From assembly GCA_051313645.2 (NCBI GenBank), contig JBNRSN020000015.1, forward strand, positions 84,196,001 through 84,260,000: DNA of 64,000 bases. The letters run 5' to 3'. The notes beneath the pieces were generated by a model. It saw only the letters and a program-made list of their open reading frames with translations. It was not told the DNA's origin and ran no database searches. The position numbers and the translations under genes were made by a program. Within the stretch, counting starts at the first letter, position 1. The number at the start of each line of letters is the position of its first letter. Source of the DNA: Centroscyllium fabricii (Eukaryota). Shown one piece after another: positions 47,284 through 61,020 of this stretch.

Positions 47284-49179
47284 TGTAAGGGGTTCTGCGC
47301 CGTGTTTATTTACGCGACTTGGGGTCCTATTGCCTTGCTCTAGCCACCGGCCAGGCCTCGCGCAATAATCCTCCCCCGTGAGCGGTTCGACCCGCTCGCC
47401 CTTACGATTCTCTACGCTGGACTTAGATGCAGGAAAGAGTGATGCAGAAACTGGACTCGTTGAAAACTTGGCTTTAGTAGAAGTTCAAAAAATAGATCTT
47501 TATTATAGCAGATCACAGGTTTACACATATCAACCATGGGACACACACGTCCTGTATTAAAATAATATCCAAATATAAGCATTCGTAGATAAACATATAC
47601 CCGACACTTGCTACTATCTTATAAAATGGGGAACACACGACACATCGAAAAAGGGGGCCAACACTCTATCGATTGCCCTATAACCACCCTCCCCTCTATT
47701 GCCTAACTGTGTCCAGGTGTGTAGGATCGGGGAACATGCTCACCACTCGGTTAAACTCGGGGTTCTGCTATGAAGTTCGCGTCTCTCGGCTGCAGCGTTG
47801 GTCGTCACGTGGCTGTGGAAGATTCGGGAGCCCACTTGTTTACGTCTCCCTCTTGGCGGCGGCTGGGTCTGCTCGGGCTGGCCCCGGGCGGGTCTCAAGG
47901 CTTTTCTACCTCTCAACACCGAACCGCACTGTCTTCCTGGCTGAACCGGGCCCTGTGGTGAGCCGGTCCTACCCTCTAAAGCCGATCTGCAACTGGCTGC
48001 CTTTTCCTGCCGTTTGTCCGAATGTCTCTCCCGGGCTATGCTGCCCGTCTTAACTTAAACTGCTGAACTATGGGTTCTGTGCCCAATTCTCCAGTGCCTC
48101 ATTTAGCTTCTTTGACACCACTCCACTCTCGAGGAAATAGCTCTGCCAGTCTCTGTTGAATAGCTCTACCAGCTTCTGGTAACTGGGTCTACGAGGTCCT
48201 TCAGCACCTTCTGCACTATGCCTCAGTGCTAGCAAGCAACTACCTCACACTCTGCAATGGTCACCGCTCAGGCCCAACTCGATCGTCCTGCGCCCTCCAG
48301 TACCTGCTCTTTGCCTAGAGCAGCACCGCGCCTCAGACGAGGAGAGAAGCTGCACCCTTGCCCACCCTGCACCCGGAGATCCAAACGGGAGCCCCCGAAG
48401 AGAGCCCACCAGAGTCACCGAGCGAGTCGAGTCCCTAGGATGTGCCTAGGGTAACCCAGAAAAAAAGAAGACCAACTTCGTGTCCCAAAGAAGCGCCAAG
48501 AAAAAGTCTGTGCTTCAACTTAACTTAAAAAGCTCTGTAACATGTCTAAAGTTATAGTAAGATACTGTGGGCTTATGTCCCGCCCAAATCGTGGAATGCT
48601 TTGTGATGTTAAATGGTTCGAATGTCTCTTTTGTTTAGTTAACCTGTCCGGGATGGCCCGAGAACAGCCTTAACTGCTTGTGAAAGCGTTTTCCTTTGTC
48701 TGGAAATTGTGTGAATGGTCTTGCTGTACAATCATGAATCTGGCTATCCGGGTCAGTTATTCGATCTCTGGCAGTATCATATTTATCCATTAAAAGATGC
48801 TTCTTTAATGTTGGGCTAAACGGGTCCAACAATCGGTTTTGGGGAGGGCTTGTTAGTTCTTTACAAACAAGTGTTATTCCTCAGCGCCTCCATGTCTGGG
48901 CGCTGGCTGGGTTTTCGCGGGCTTTTGCAGAGCTCATGTATTTTCAGGAAAACTATGCATAATGTTTTGTCTCAACGGCAGGTAAGTGTATTCCGATGTC
49001 TCGAGAGTTCTGGTTGGCTTGTCACGGGGTCTAGTGGTCATCTTAGGGGCCCCTTTCTTTCTTTCTCTTTCAATAAGCCGCAGCTCTTTCTGTTCTGCAG
49101 CCATTTTGTTCAATAAAAATGTCCAATTAAACCGGCTGTCTCCTGTCGTTCTTGAATCGGTAAAATTGCGACCTTTACA
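47284..49179 (-). mobile_element. 1.9-kb TG...CA insertion, probable long solo LTR
   Basis: TGTAAGG...CCTTTACA, 4-bp TSD TCGG, CR1 frame resumes across it; minus-strand AATAAA near 47500. Confidence 0.75.
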
Positions 49180-50094
49180 TCGGGAAGCTTTTAAAAGTCA
49201 GCAAAAAATAACAAAAAGATTGATTAAGAAGGGGAAAATAGATTATGAAAGTAAATGAGCAAAAAATATAAAAACACATAGCAAGAGTTTCTATAATTAC
49301 ATATAAAGAAAAAGGGTAGCTAAAGTAAATGTTGGACCCTTAGAGGATGAGACCGGGAAATTAATGGTAGGGAACATGGAGATGGCAAAAACACTGAACA
49401 AATATTTGTATCAGTCTTTACAGTAGAGGACACTCAAAATATCCCAACACTGGATAAATAGGGGGCTCTGGGGGGGAGGAGCTAATTATGATTAAAGTCA
49501 CTAAGGAAGTGGTACTCGGTAAAATAATGGGAATTAAGGCGGATAAATCCCCTGGACCTGATGGCTTATATCCTAGGGTCTTGAGGAAAGTGGCGGTAGG
49601 GATTGTGGATGCATTGGTAATCATTTTTCAAAACTCTCTGGACTCGGCAAAGGTTCCGGCAGATTGGAAAACTGCTAATGTAATACCTTTATTTAAAAAG
49701 GGTAGTAGACAGAAGGCTGGAAATTATAGACCAGTCAGCCTACCAGCTGTGGTTTGCAAAATGTCAGAGTCCATTATTAAGCAAACAGTAACAGGGCATT
49801 TGGATAAACATAATTTAATAGGACAAAGTCAGCATGATTTTACAAAGGGGAAGTCATGTTTGACAAATTTGCTAGAGTTCTTTGAGGACATAACATACAG
49901 GGTGGATAAAGGGGAACCAGTGGATGTAGGGTATTTAGACTTCCAAAAGACATTTGACAAGGTGCCATACAAATGATTATTACTCAAGATAAAAAATCAC
50001 AGGATTGGGGGTAATATTCTGGCATGGGTGGAGGATTGGCTTTCTAACAGAAAACAGAGAATTGGGATAATGGTTTGTTCTCAGTCTGGCAATC

Positions 50095-50594
50095 TGTAAT
50101 GCTTGTAAGTTGGGCCCAAATGCAATACACCGAAAACATACGTAGAAGTAAACTCCTTTATTTCTGAGCAGTCAAAGACATGGGAAACAGTAGGTCAATA
50201 ACGGCAGAAAGTTCACGGAGGCAACAAGTCCAAAACAGAGTTCAGGCAGGAGAGAATCCAAATTCAGAAACAGTAATATACCGGGTAGTCCGACCACGGG
50301 AGCGACAAATCCAAGACAGAGTTCAAGCAGAAGAGAATCCAAATTTCCAGTAAGCAGGTCAGTATCACGAACAGACAGGATCAGAGAGCTAGGAACTAAA
50401 CACAAGTATCGCAGTCAGGAAGAAATAACGATCTGGCAACCTCATGGTGAAAAGTAGGAGCTTATATACAGCTCTTGATACTACTGGTTAATCTGGGCTG
50501 TCCAATCAGGTGCAGGCAGTAGCTAACGAGGTGCTGACCAGTTAAAGGGGAAGAGCCCACCTAGGAGTTAAAGGGGATTAGCAAACCTATGACA
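50095..50594 (-). mobile_element. Solo LTR of the sushi-like family seen at 26905
   Basis: Minus TGTCATAG..GAGCTGTATATA..GGTTGCCAGATCGTTATTT..GCATTTGGGCCC..TTACA; TSD CAATC. Confidence 0.9.
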
Positions 50595-51814
50595 CAATCA
50601 GTGACTAGTGGTGTTCCGCAAGGGTCGGTACTGGGACCACAACTCTTTACAATCTATATTAATGATTTGGAGGAAGGGACCAAGTGCAACATCTCAAAGT
50701 TTGAAGATGATACAAAGATGGAAGGGAGTGTGATGAGTGAGGAGGACATTAAAAACCTGCAAAAGGACATAGATAGGCTAAGTGAGTGGGCAGAAATTTG
50801 GCAGATGGAATATAATGCTGAAAAGCGTGAAGTTATGCACTTTGGCAGGAAAAATAATAGAGCGAGTTATTATCTAAATGGAAAGAAACTGGAAAGTATT
50901 TCAGTGCAAAGGGTTCTGGGGTCCTGGTGCAGGAAACACAAAATGTTAGTATGCAGTGCAGCAGGTGGTCAGGAAGGCCAACGGAATGTTGGCTTTTATT
51001 GCTAAGGGGATGGAGTATAAAAGCAGGGAGGTCTTGCGGCAGTTGTGCAGGTTATTGGTGAAACCACACCTGAAGTAATGCGTGCAGTTCTGGTATCAAT
51101 ATTTAAGAAAGGACATACTTGCTCTCGAGGCAGGTGCAAAGAAGGTTCACTAGGTTAATTCCGGGGATGAGGGGGCTGACATATGACGAGAGGTTGAGTA
51201 GATTGGGCCTCTACTCATTGGAGTTCAGAAGAATGAGAGGCGATCTTATTGAAATATAAAAGATTGTGAGAGGGCTTGATCGGGTGGATGCGGTGAGGAT
51301 GTTCCCAATGGTGGGTGAAACTAGAACTAGGGGGCATAATCTTAAAATAAGGGGCTGTCATTTCAAAACTGATATGAGGAGAAAATTCTTCACTCAGAGG
51401 GTGGTGGGGCTGTGGAATTTGTTGCCCCAGAGAGCTGTGGAAGCTACTTCATTGAATAAATTTAAAACAGAAATAGACAGTTTCCTGGAAGTAAAGGTAA
51501 TTAGGGGTTACGGTGAGTGGGCAGGTAAGTGGACGTGAGGCTAGGTTCAGATCGGCCATGTGATCTCCTGGACCAGTTTTCGATCGCCTAGATGGGTCGG
51601 AGAGGAATTTCCCAGATTTTTTCTCCCAAATTGGCCACTGTTTTTTTTATCTTGTTTTTCGCCTCTCCCGGGAGATCACATGGGTTTGGGCAGGATGGAG
51701 AGTAAAAATAAAATTGAGGTTAGGATCAGATCAGCCATGATCTTGTTGAATGGCGGAGCAGGCTCGAGGGGCCGAGTTGCATACTCCTGCTCCTATTTCT
51801 TATGTTCTTATGCA

Positions 51815-52305
51815 ACAAGGCGGCATTAGCATCCAGGAGCAATCCTTGTAGGCCAGGAGGAGCAGGAGTGCTTCCTTCTAGACCCCCAAACTCCCCACCA
51901 TCGGCCCGCACCCTTTGGGTCTGTGATCGGACCCCCCATGGGACCGGAGCACCCCCCCATACCTGGGACACACTCCCCCCCGCCCCCCCGGATCGCAACT
52001 CAGCCCCGGGGTCAGGAACTGGACACCCCAGGGAGATGGAACCCCACCCTGCCCGCCCCAGCATACCCCCCCGGGCTCGGACCCCCATCATCCTGGGCCC
52101 AGCACTTACCTTGTTCTGTGTCCTCCTGGTCCGTGATACCCACTCGACTGGAAGTCAGCCTGTCAATCAGGCTGACTCCCAGGCGGGGAACCTGCTCTTT
52201 CCATTGCAAGCATAATGGCATGCTGGGAAACCCAAACTGCCGGGTTTCCCGCCGTCTCCTGGGTCCCCCCTCACTTTGCAGGTGGGACCCGGGAAAATCC
52301 AGCCC
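51815..52305. mobile_element. Harbinger-MITE fragment
   Basis: Ends GAAAATCCAGCCC; GC-rich body like other MITEs here. Confidence 0.5.
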
Positions 52306-53242
52306 ATGGAGTCAGATTGCAGATGCATGCTGATGTCTCCCAACTCCACTCTGTCTCACCTCTCTTAACCCATCCACCACCTTTGTGTTGTCAGACTGTT
52401 TGTCTGGCTTCCAGTCTTTGATCAGCCATAATTTTTTCCATCTAAACATTGTGAAGACAGAAGCCATTATCTTTGGCCACCACCACAAACTCTGCTCTCA
52501 CTACTGACTTCATTTCTCTCCCTGGCCACTGTCTTAGGCTGAACCAGACAGTTTACAACCTCGGCATACTGACCTGAGTTTCCGACTCAAACTGTCCTCT
52601 CCATCGCAAAGACCATGGCCGGAGATTTCTGGGGTGGTAGCGGGTGAGATTGGTGGCTGGTTGGGTGGGAAAGTTATTATTTTTGACAGTGGCTCGAGAA
52701 CCCACTGTCATCTCGCTCCCACGTGCCTTTCTCCCCAGGCGCGTCTGTCATCGTGGAGCCAACCTGACCAGCAGTGGCGGGCGACCCAATTGAGGTTACA
52801 GGCACGTAAGAGCTTTTTTTCATTCATTTTTTAAATTTCCCTGCATGGATACAAGATTCATGCAGCTCGGGGACCACGTCTGTTAACCTGAGGCAGGAGT
52901 TCAGTGGCCATTGTTCCAGCTGATTACTTGACAGCATGAAATGTTCAATGAAAGTTCTCACCTGACAGATGATCACTTTCCTCAGGCAGAAGCTGTTGCT
53001 CAGTCCATTTCCAGCACAGATCCTGCAGGCTGCAAGTTTTTCCAACAAAGTCTCCATCGTGTCTCACCTCATTGAAAGAACTCTCTCACCATTGACAGAA
53101 TGCTTCTTTCATCTGTACTTCACCTGCCAACTATTCCATCAACATGGGTGCTGTTTAGACTGTCTCAGCTTGGTCCTCAGAATCGGACCACAATCAGCAG
53201 CAACACCAGCAGCACCAGGCACACCAGCAGCACCAACAACAA

Positions 53243-54478
53243 CATAGAAAAATAGAAACATAGAAGATAGGAGCAGGCCATTCGGCCCCTCGAGCCTGCT
53301 CCGCCATTCAATGAGATCATGGCTGATCATCCAAACTCAGTACCCTGTCCCTGCCTTCTCCCCGTATCCCTTGATCCCTCTAGCCTTAAGAAATACATCC
53401 AGCTCCTTCTTGAATATATTCAATGAACTAGCCTCCACCACCCTCTGTGGTAGAGAATTCCACAGGTTCACCACTCTCTGGGTGAAGAAATTCCTCCTCA
53501 TCTCTGTCCTAAATGAGTTACCCCTTATCCTTAGACTATGACCCCTGGTTCTGGACTCACCGACCATCGGGAACATTCTTCCTGCATCAAGTTTGGCCAG
53601 ACCAGTTAGAATTTTATCCGTTTCGATGAGATCCCCTCTCAATCGTCTAAACTCCAGAGAGTACAAACCCAGTCTACCCAGTCTCTCCTCATACGTCAAT
53701 CCTGCCATCCCAGGTATCAGCCTGGTGAATCTCCTCTGCCCTCCCTCCATGGCAAGGACGTCCTTCCTTAGATAAGGAGACCAAAACTGCACACAGTACT
53801 CAAGGTGTGGTCTCACCAAGGCCCTGTATAACTGCAGCAAGACCTCCCTGTTCCTGTACTCAAACCCTTTCGCTATGAAGGCCAACATACCATTTGCCTT
53901 CTTTCCCGCCTGCTGCACCTGCATGCTCACCTTCAGTGACTGGTGCACCAGGACAACCAGGTCTCGTTGTACTTCCCCTTCTCCCAATCTATTGCCATTC
54001 AGATAATAGTCAGCAGTTCTGTTTTTTCCCCCAAAGTGGATAACCTGGCATTTATCCACATTATACTGCATCTGCCATGTCTCAGCCCACTCACCCAACC
54101 TGTCCAAATCATCCTGGAGCTTTCTGGTATCCTTCTCGCAGCACACACGCCCTCCCAGTTTTGTGTCATCTGCAAACTTGGCGACATTACATTTAGTTCC
54201 CTTTTCTAAATCATTAATGTATATTGTGAATAGCTGGACCGATCCCTGCAGTACCCCACTAGTCACTGCCTGCCACTCGGAAAAAGACCCATTTACTCCC
54301 ACTCTCTGCTTTCTGTCTGCCAACCAATTCTCAATCCAAGTCAATACCTTGCCCCCAATCCCATGTGCCCTAACTTTATATGCTAATCTCTTGTGTGGGA
54401 CCTTGTCGAACGCCTTCTGAAAGTCCAAGTACACCACATCTACTGGTTCTCCCTGATCAATTTTTCCAGTTACAACAC
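53243..54478 (-). mobile_element. CR1 LINE 3' fragment with open RT C-terminal ORF
   Basis: YLDFQKAFDKV, FADDTKL, LEYCVQFWSP, LWNSLP. Confidence 0.95.
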
Positions 54479-55099
54479 AAACCTTCTCCGCAATCAACTG
54501 AAGCTGAACAGGACACAAGGCATCAGCATCTGACCACATTGCTGTCTGGGAAGCCAGGCATGGACTCATCATGGCCAGATTTAGCTAACTTTATGCTGTA
54601 CACCCATATGGTTGCCACATGATGCGCCAGGTTGACACCACTCCACACCGACACCATCAAGCATCCTTACAATGCCCAAGCCATTCTTTTCACACTCATC
54701 ACCATTGTGGGGGGTACCATTATGTCTCACCATTCATTGCAACTCACTAAACCACTTCCAAAGGTGAACACAAATCTGTCCAAGACCAGTAAGTGTTGAT
54801 TTTTTTTTAATGTTTGACATCACATTAACAGAAACTTTACATAATCATTGGATAAAACACCCAAGTGCCTATCCTTGTGTGTTATTAGTTGGTATGATTG
54901 CATTAGGATGAGGATGAGTGTGAGAGGTGGCTAGTGAGATGGGGATGTGATAATATAGATAGAGAGAGAGGGATGGGTGGAGGTGCAAGGTAAGTTGGTG
55001 TGAGTAAGGATGTGCAGGGGTAGGGTAGGGAAGGCAGAGTGATGGGGATGCGATGAGAGGCACAGCAGGATGAGGTTGAGTGTGGCTTTGTACTAATGT

Positions 55100-55310
55100 T
55101 TCCTGATCTAATGAGATAATTGAAACGTTTGCAGCGCTCAGGTCCTCCTGACCACATCCCTGCTTATGACCTCCTCTGCAATCTGCAACTAGGCTGCCTT
55201 GGTTTTCTGGGGCAGTCTTTTCCGCCATTGAAAGGAAAGAGGACCTCCCTACGTGCTCTGACTTCCTTTATAAGCATCTGGAGGGAGTCATCGGAGAACC
55301 TGGGTGCAGC
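55100..55310 (-). pseudogene. Harbinger Myb/SANT-like DNA-binding protein remnant
   Basis: AAPRFSDDSLQMLIKEVRARREVLFP...CKRFNYLIRSG with frameshifts. Confidence 0.72.
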
Positions 55311-56685
55311 ATTTGTGCAGTCATTGTCAGTGTTTACAGCACTCCAATGCTGTAGTGCGTTGACAGCAATATGTTAGATAACACTTCAAATGCAATGCGG
55401 CCATGATCTCTTTAAGGATCCCAGCTGAAAACACATCATGTATGACACCACCAGTCTCGGTCCATCTCATTAGGCCAGGTAATGTGCTGGGCAGGCTTAA
55501 TAGGCCCCATCAAGGTAAGATCATTTTCAATAGTGGGATGGAGCCAGCAGTGGGGTCGCGACCTGCCACGGACACCGGCCGCACTGGACCCGCCCAGGTA
55601 GGCAAAATTCAGGCCCACCTCTTTCAACCTCTGTAACATCACCCACCTCCACCCCATTTCAGCCCATCCACCACTGAAACCCTTATGGATGTCTTTATCA
55701 CCTCCAGATTCAATTACTCCAATACCCTGCTAGCCAGTCTCCTTTTGTCCAAAATACATAAACTTCAGCTCATCCAAAATGCTGATGTCCATATACCTAT
55801 CCCACATTAATTAGTATCCTATCTCTGACTCTGACTTCTGTCTCCTGTGCATCACCCCTTTTATATCTCTCACCATTGGCAGTTGGACCTTTGTCTGCCG
55901 AGATGCCATTCTCTGGAATTTCCTGCCTAAACCCGTTCACCTACCTCCCTTCACCTCATTAAGATCCTCCACAAAACGTACCTTTCTGACCAAGATGTTG
56001 GTCACTGCTCCACACTCTATCCCTAATCTCTGTGTCCATTTTGTTACACCTCCGTGAAGCATCTTGAGCCACTTTCAATGTAAAAGGCACTATATAAATG
56101 TAAGTTTATTGTTGTATAAGAGTCGAGTACCTCACTTGCCAAAGAGGTATTGTCATGAGGAGGCCAATTTCAAAATGATATGTAGCATTAACATTCTCGA
56201 TGGAGGCAAGGAGATCTCAAAGAATAACTTCCTTATCCACAATTTAGCTTAAAAAGGTGCTGTTAACATTAGCATATAGAGACAATTGAGTTGATTTTTG
56301 TATTGGCACTATCTAATTGTTGCACAACGGGAATACACTTAGTTGCAATTTAGAGGTCAGATATTTTAGTGCATATTCCCACTACTGTTAACAAGTAAGC
56401 TAAAAATACAACATAAGGTTGCTGTTACCTTAATAACTCCTGGCTTATGTCAGACAATGTCATATGCTTTGAGACAGAATGACTGTACAGTTCAAGAATG
56501 AACACTGTTAAGGCACCCTTCCAAGATTTTGTTGCAAAAATATTTATCTTGTTCACTCGTTTGCAGATCTGGGTCTATTCATAAGCTGAAGGATCTAATG
56601 GTGTTGGAAAATCAATTCTGCATGATGGATCTTGGATTCTGTACTTCCTCTGAAACATGGGTGACAAATTATCCTTACTTTAAGA

Positions 56686-57078
56686 GAAACATAGAAACAT
56701 AGAAGATAGGAGCAGGAGTAGGCCATTCGGCCCTTCGAGCCTGCTCCGCCATTCAATGAGATCATGGCTGATCATCCAAACTCAGTACCCTGTCCCCATA
56801 TCCCTCGATCCCTATCGAGCCTGCACCGACACACATCCCACCCTACCCCCGTAACCCCACATATTCAATCCCCCTAACACTAAGGGTCAATTTATCCTGG
56901 CCAATCAACCTAACCTGCACATCTTTGGACTGTGGGAGGAAACCGGAGCACCCGGAGGAAACCCACGCAGACACGGGGAGAATGTGCAAACTCCACACAG
57001 ATAGTACCCGAGGCTGGATTTGAACCCGGGTCTCCAGTGCTGTGAGGCAACAATGCTACCCACTATGCCACCGTGCCG
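56686..57078 (-). mobile_element. V-SINE (HE1-like)
   Basis: V-domain and CR1 tail. Confidence 0.9.
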
Positions 57079-57786
57079 TGTAACACATTTTGATTGCAAA
57101 AGTACACAAAAGATTTCTATCGTATGTAAGCTTTCTGTAAGATGAAAGCTCCTTTGGGTTTAAACTATTACAGTTCAAAAGTTTATTTATAGTGCATCCA
57201 TGATTACACAGTAGGAAAGTAAAAGATACACACGAAACATTAAGATGCAATGGTACTCCTATAAGTGAGGATATTAGCTGTGATGGAATAAGCCAAAATT
57301 CAGAAAAATACACCATAATATGAACAGAATTGTAATATTTATTAATACATGATATATTGGGTTTAAAAATCGGAAGCCTCGGAGACACAGGCTGCAAAAA
57401 GAAAACAGGCTTCTGAGATGGGATGGTTTGATAACAAAGTTATAAACACCACAAACTTTGAAATGGGAATTGGTTAAATATACTAAAACAATGACCCTAT
57501 TGGAATAGCAGTCCCATCTAATGACAAGGGCAGGGATATTGAAATTGATTCACTGAGGTACAGACAGTCAGTGAAGCTCTGTGAGGGAAGGACGCAGATT
57601 AGAGGGGTTGGGGGTGGGGTAGGTGGCGGGGTGGTTGTTATGTGCAGAACTTTGTGCAGAAGGGGCCCTGGACTCCAAAGTTCTGGATTAGCTGAAGTTT
57701 GTGATATGTGGAGATTGAGAAGTTGGCAAGGAGATCACTGAGAAGCTGATGAAGGTGTGGATAAGAGTTTCAGCAATGTTGGGAAT

Positions 57787-58097
57787 TGTGGTAAACCACT
57801 CTTCTATATATTATAAGTATATCTATCCACTCTGTCTTGTATATATATGTATTGTTGTAATCGTACTATTCACCATGTTGTAACATAGTTCATTGTATAC
57901 GATTACCTGGACATGCCCATGCTGGCTCCGCCTGCGACTCCTCCCTCCCGGGGCCAGGTACATAAGCGGCCGTCTCCCATCCCCCTGCCATTACTGGGGA
58001 CGGTCGACTAGCTGGTGCATGTCCACCTTTAGTGAATAAAAGCCGAATTGTTTTACCCTCTTAACTACTCGTCCACGAGGTTGTTATTTCGGTCACA
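57787..58097 (+). mobile_element. Solo Gypsy LTR
   Basis: TGTGGTAAAC...AATAAAAGCC...GTCACA, TSD GGAAT. Confidence 0.88.
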
Positions 58098-59224
58098 GGA
58101 ATGAGATGCATGCATGAGCTGCTAATACTTTGATTTTACAAATAAGGTAGCAACACTAATTGGGGGAAACAAAGCATTTTCCTCATTTTTGTATTGTTAC
58201 ATGAAAGCAAGTTGGGTTGATTGAACTGAGTGAGTCTGGCCATAACTGTTGCTCTGTATGTTCGCTTGCTGTGAAATAAATTGGCTTAACAATTTATGTC
58301 TGGACTTTTCTTACTAAATGGTTTTTTGGTTCACCTTCAAAAATATTTGAGCGGAGTGCATGGAGGCATATGTGAATACCACGAAAGTGCAATTATTGTT
58401 ATGTCCCTAGATTGCACATTCAAATAGTTAAATATTGTCCAGTACAGTCAGACCCCTAAAGGATAAGTTCTCAGACTACATCTGGGAGTAATTACACCAC
58501 TCTTTCCGAGAGAATATCTAAGACAAGACGGCAACTTGTAAAATGCGCACATACTTTTGATGCAAAGGCATTAACCAGCTCAATAAAAATAACACCGAGA
58601 AATTTCAACATCCAAAAGTCTTGAAATCTTATGGTGAATTTAGTGAAGCTGTGGCAAGTAATAAAGGGGTCGAGCACCATGTTACATTTTGTGTCTTTCT
58701 AACCTCCTTGTCCTAGATTATTTTGACTATATTTTAGATTACTTTTATAGAGTCCCAACTCCCATTAACTGTTAAAGCCTCTATCCTTGCCTGGAGCTCT
58801 AGGTAAGCTTTTTTGTAACATCCCTAAGAGCTGAACAGAAAATTTGCATGATTGTTTTTAGTCACTGGATCCATCCTGGGCTTTTGTAGGTTCTCATTCA
58901 AATCTTTGACAGATTAAAATATCAAGTGTATTTATTTTAGAAAAGATGAACAAACACATCAGTAAAAGTCAGATAATATGGTTACATATTTACAGTTGAA
59001 ATCTTTTGACCAAATTTCTTGAGTAGACAAAATAAACAGATCACTGCCCAGAAATTGAATCGCTCTCAAACCGGTACGCGGTCCTGATGGTGAGAACGCT
59101 GCATCCGTCTAATGAAGGCTGGCAGTAAAACCACAGCAATTTGGTCCGCAGGCCTTTTTTGCTTATGAATGGCGAGTTGCAGGCTCCAGTTGTTGCCCGA
59201 GAGGCAGCTTGCTGGTTGCAGAGG

Positions 59225-59911
59225 TGAAGACAAAGGGATTAATTAAGAAGGTGAAAATAGGATATGAGAGTAAGCTTTCAGGGAACATAAAAACTGACTG
59301 TAAAAGCTTTTATAGATATGTGAAGAGAAAATGATTGGTGAAGTCAAGCGTAGGTCCCTTGCAGTCAGAATCAGGGGAATTTATAGAAACATAGAAACAT
59401 AGAAGATAGGAGCAGGAGTAGGCCATTCGGCCCTTCGAGCCTGCTCCGCCATTCAATGAGATCATGGCTGATCATCCAAACCCTGCCCCTGCCCTCTCCC
59501 CATATCCCTATCGAGCCTATACCGACACATATCCCACCCTATCCCCGTAACCCCACATATTCAATCCCCCTAACACTAAGGGTCAATTTATCCTGGCCAA
59601 TCAACCTAACCTGCACATCTTTGGACACAAACCATCTTCCAGAGATGTCGGGGAACACGGGGTCTAATGAAAGAGAGGAACTGAAAGAAATCAGTATTTG
59701 TAGGGAAATGGTGTTAGAGAAATTGACAGGATTGAAGGCCGATAAATCTCCAGAGCCTGATAATCTACATACTAGGATACTGAAGGAAGTGGCCCTAGAA
59801 ATAATGGATGCATTGCTGGTCATATTCCAAAATTTGATAGACTCTGGAACAGTACCCATGGATTGGAGGGTAACTAATGTTACCCCACTGTTCACAAAAG
59901 GTGGTAGAGAG
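59225..59911 (+). mobile_element. CR1 ORF2 fragment with partial V-SINE (59383-59627, minus)
   Basis: KSFYRYVK, KADKSPEPD, DWRVTNVTPLF. Confidence 0.85.
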
Positions 59912-61020
59912 CGTGGTAACCATTGTATGTCTACCATACCGCTGTACCACTATGGCTAATGATGGGCTGTGCAGATGTTAGGCACAGCCCTGTAAACTGT
60001 GACACTGTTGGGAGCCAGGTCAGCCACACCTCCAACTCCTCCCCCAGGTGAGGCCCCGTTATAGGTGAGATCTGACCGAGGCTCCTTCATTCCTGTACTG
60101 TAGTTCGTCTGGAGAGTAGCTCCGTTCTTAGCAATTAAAAGCCTTTAGTTTCGGTAACTACGCGTCGACTCTTTTAATCGAAGATATTGACGATACGTCA
60201 ATTTTAATTGCTAATTATTTTTAAATGGAGAGCAGCGCAGTTAAACCTGAGAAGCTGGACATCAGTCCCCAGGACCCTGCCACTGCCGCCACGTACGAAC
60301 ACTGGTTCGGTCTACTGGAGGCCTACATGGACGCCGCCAAGGCTACAACAGACAGGGACAAGCTGCATGTCCTACGATCGAGGATCTCCAGCAGGGTATT
60401 CACCCTCATCAGGAACGCCTCAACCTACTTAGCGGCTGTACAAATTCTGAAGAAATGTTACGAGCGCCCGGTCCATTCAGTCTACGCCCGACATGTGCTG
60501 GCGACCAGATCTCATCTACTGGGTGAGTCCAATGAGCAGTTCGAGCAAGCGCTCCTGGCCCTGGTACGGGTCTGTGGCTGCAAAGGCACAACAGTTGAAG
60601 AGGAGGAAGAACTCCTCGTTCGGGACGCTTATGTTACAGGACTGAAGTGTGTGGAAGCCCGCCAGCGGCTACTAGAGAAAGACGAATTATCCCTCGAGGA
60701 GGCGACTAAGATAGCCAAATCAGTAGAGGGGGCCCGAAGCAAGTTACAGGCATACAGCGGCACTAACCCGCAAGCCTACAACATATGAGCCGCGCCACAA
60801 CAGGCCCAGGCCTGGGCGCAACGGGTCGAGGCCCCCACGATGGCCGCGACGGCCACTAAAGACACTAAAGACAAGCGCTGCTACTTCTGCAGCCAGGGAC
60901 TGCACCCAAGAGCGAAATGCCCAGCCAGGACGGCGACCTGCGAGAAATGTGCGAAGAAGGGACACTACGCTAAAGCCTGCAGATCAGCCCCAGCAGCGCC
61001 CAACTCAAGGTACAACAGTG
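59912..61020 (+). mobile_element. Gypsy element: 5' LTR (59912-60200) and gag (from 60225), interrupted by a related element
   Basis: Gag similar to 13111; CYFCSQGLH..CEKCAKKGHYAKAC knuckles. Confidence 0.9.

Larger units (their letters stand above)
42915..51812 (+). mobile_element. Near-complete degraded CR1 LINE with three LTR-type insertions
   Basis: ORF1 coiled coil and esterase (VVVVGDSI, VHVGTND, DGHHL); ORF2 endonuclease (YLNARSI, ITETW, GDFN), RT (KSPGPDG, NYRPVSL, GVPQGSVLGP); 3' UTR with TTCTTATG tail. Confidence 0.95.
52617..55615 (-). mobile_element. Non-autonomous Harbinger derivative carrying a Myb/SANT-protein remnant
   Basis: TIR-like GGCCGGAGATTT / AAAATTCAGGCC, flanks CAT/CAC; L2 sequence is continuous across it. 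Confidence 0.7.
52310..56115 (+). mobile_element. L2 LINE 3' part (52310-52616 and 55616-56115) split by a Harbinger derivative
   Basis: LNIVKTEAIIFG, KLQLIQNA, LWNFLP; tail GGCACTATATAAATGTAAGT. Confidence 0.75.

Noticed and set aside
53337-54572. 411-aa ORF as a host gene
   Set aside because: CR1 RT fragment with a chance upstream in-frame extension
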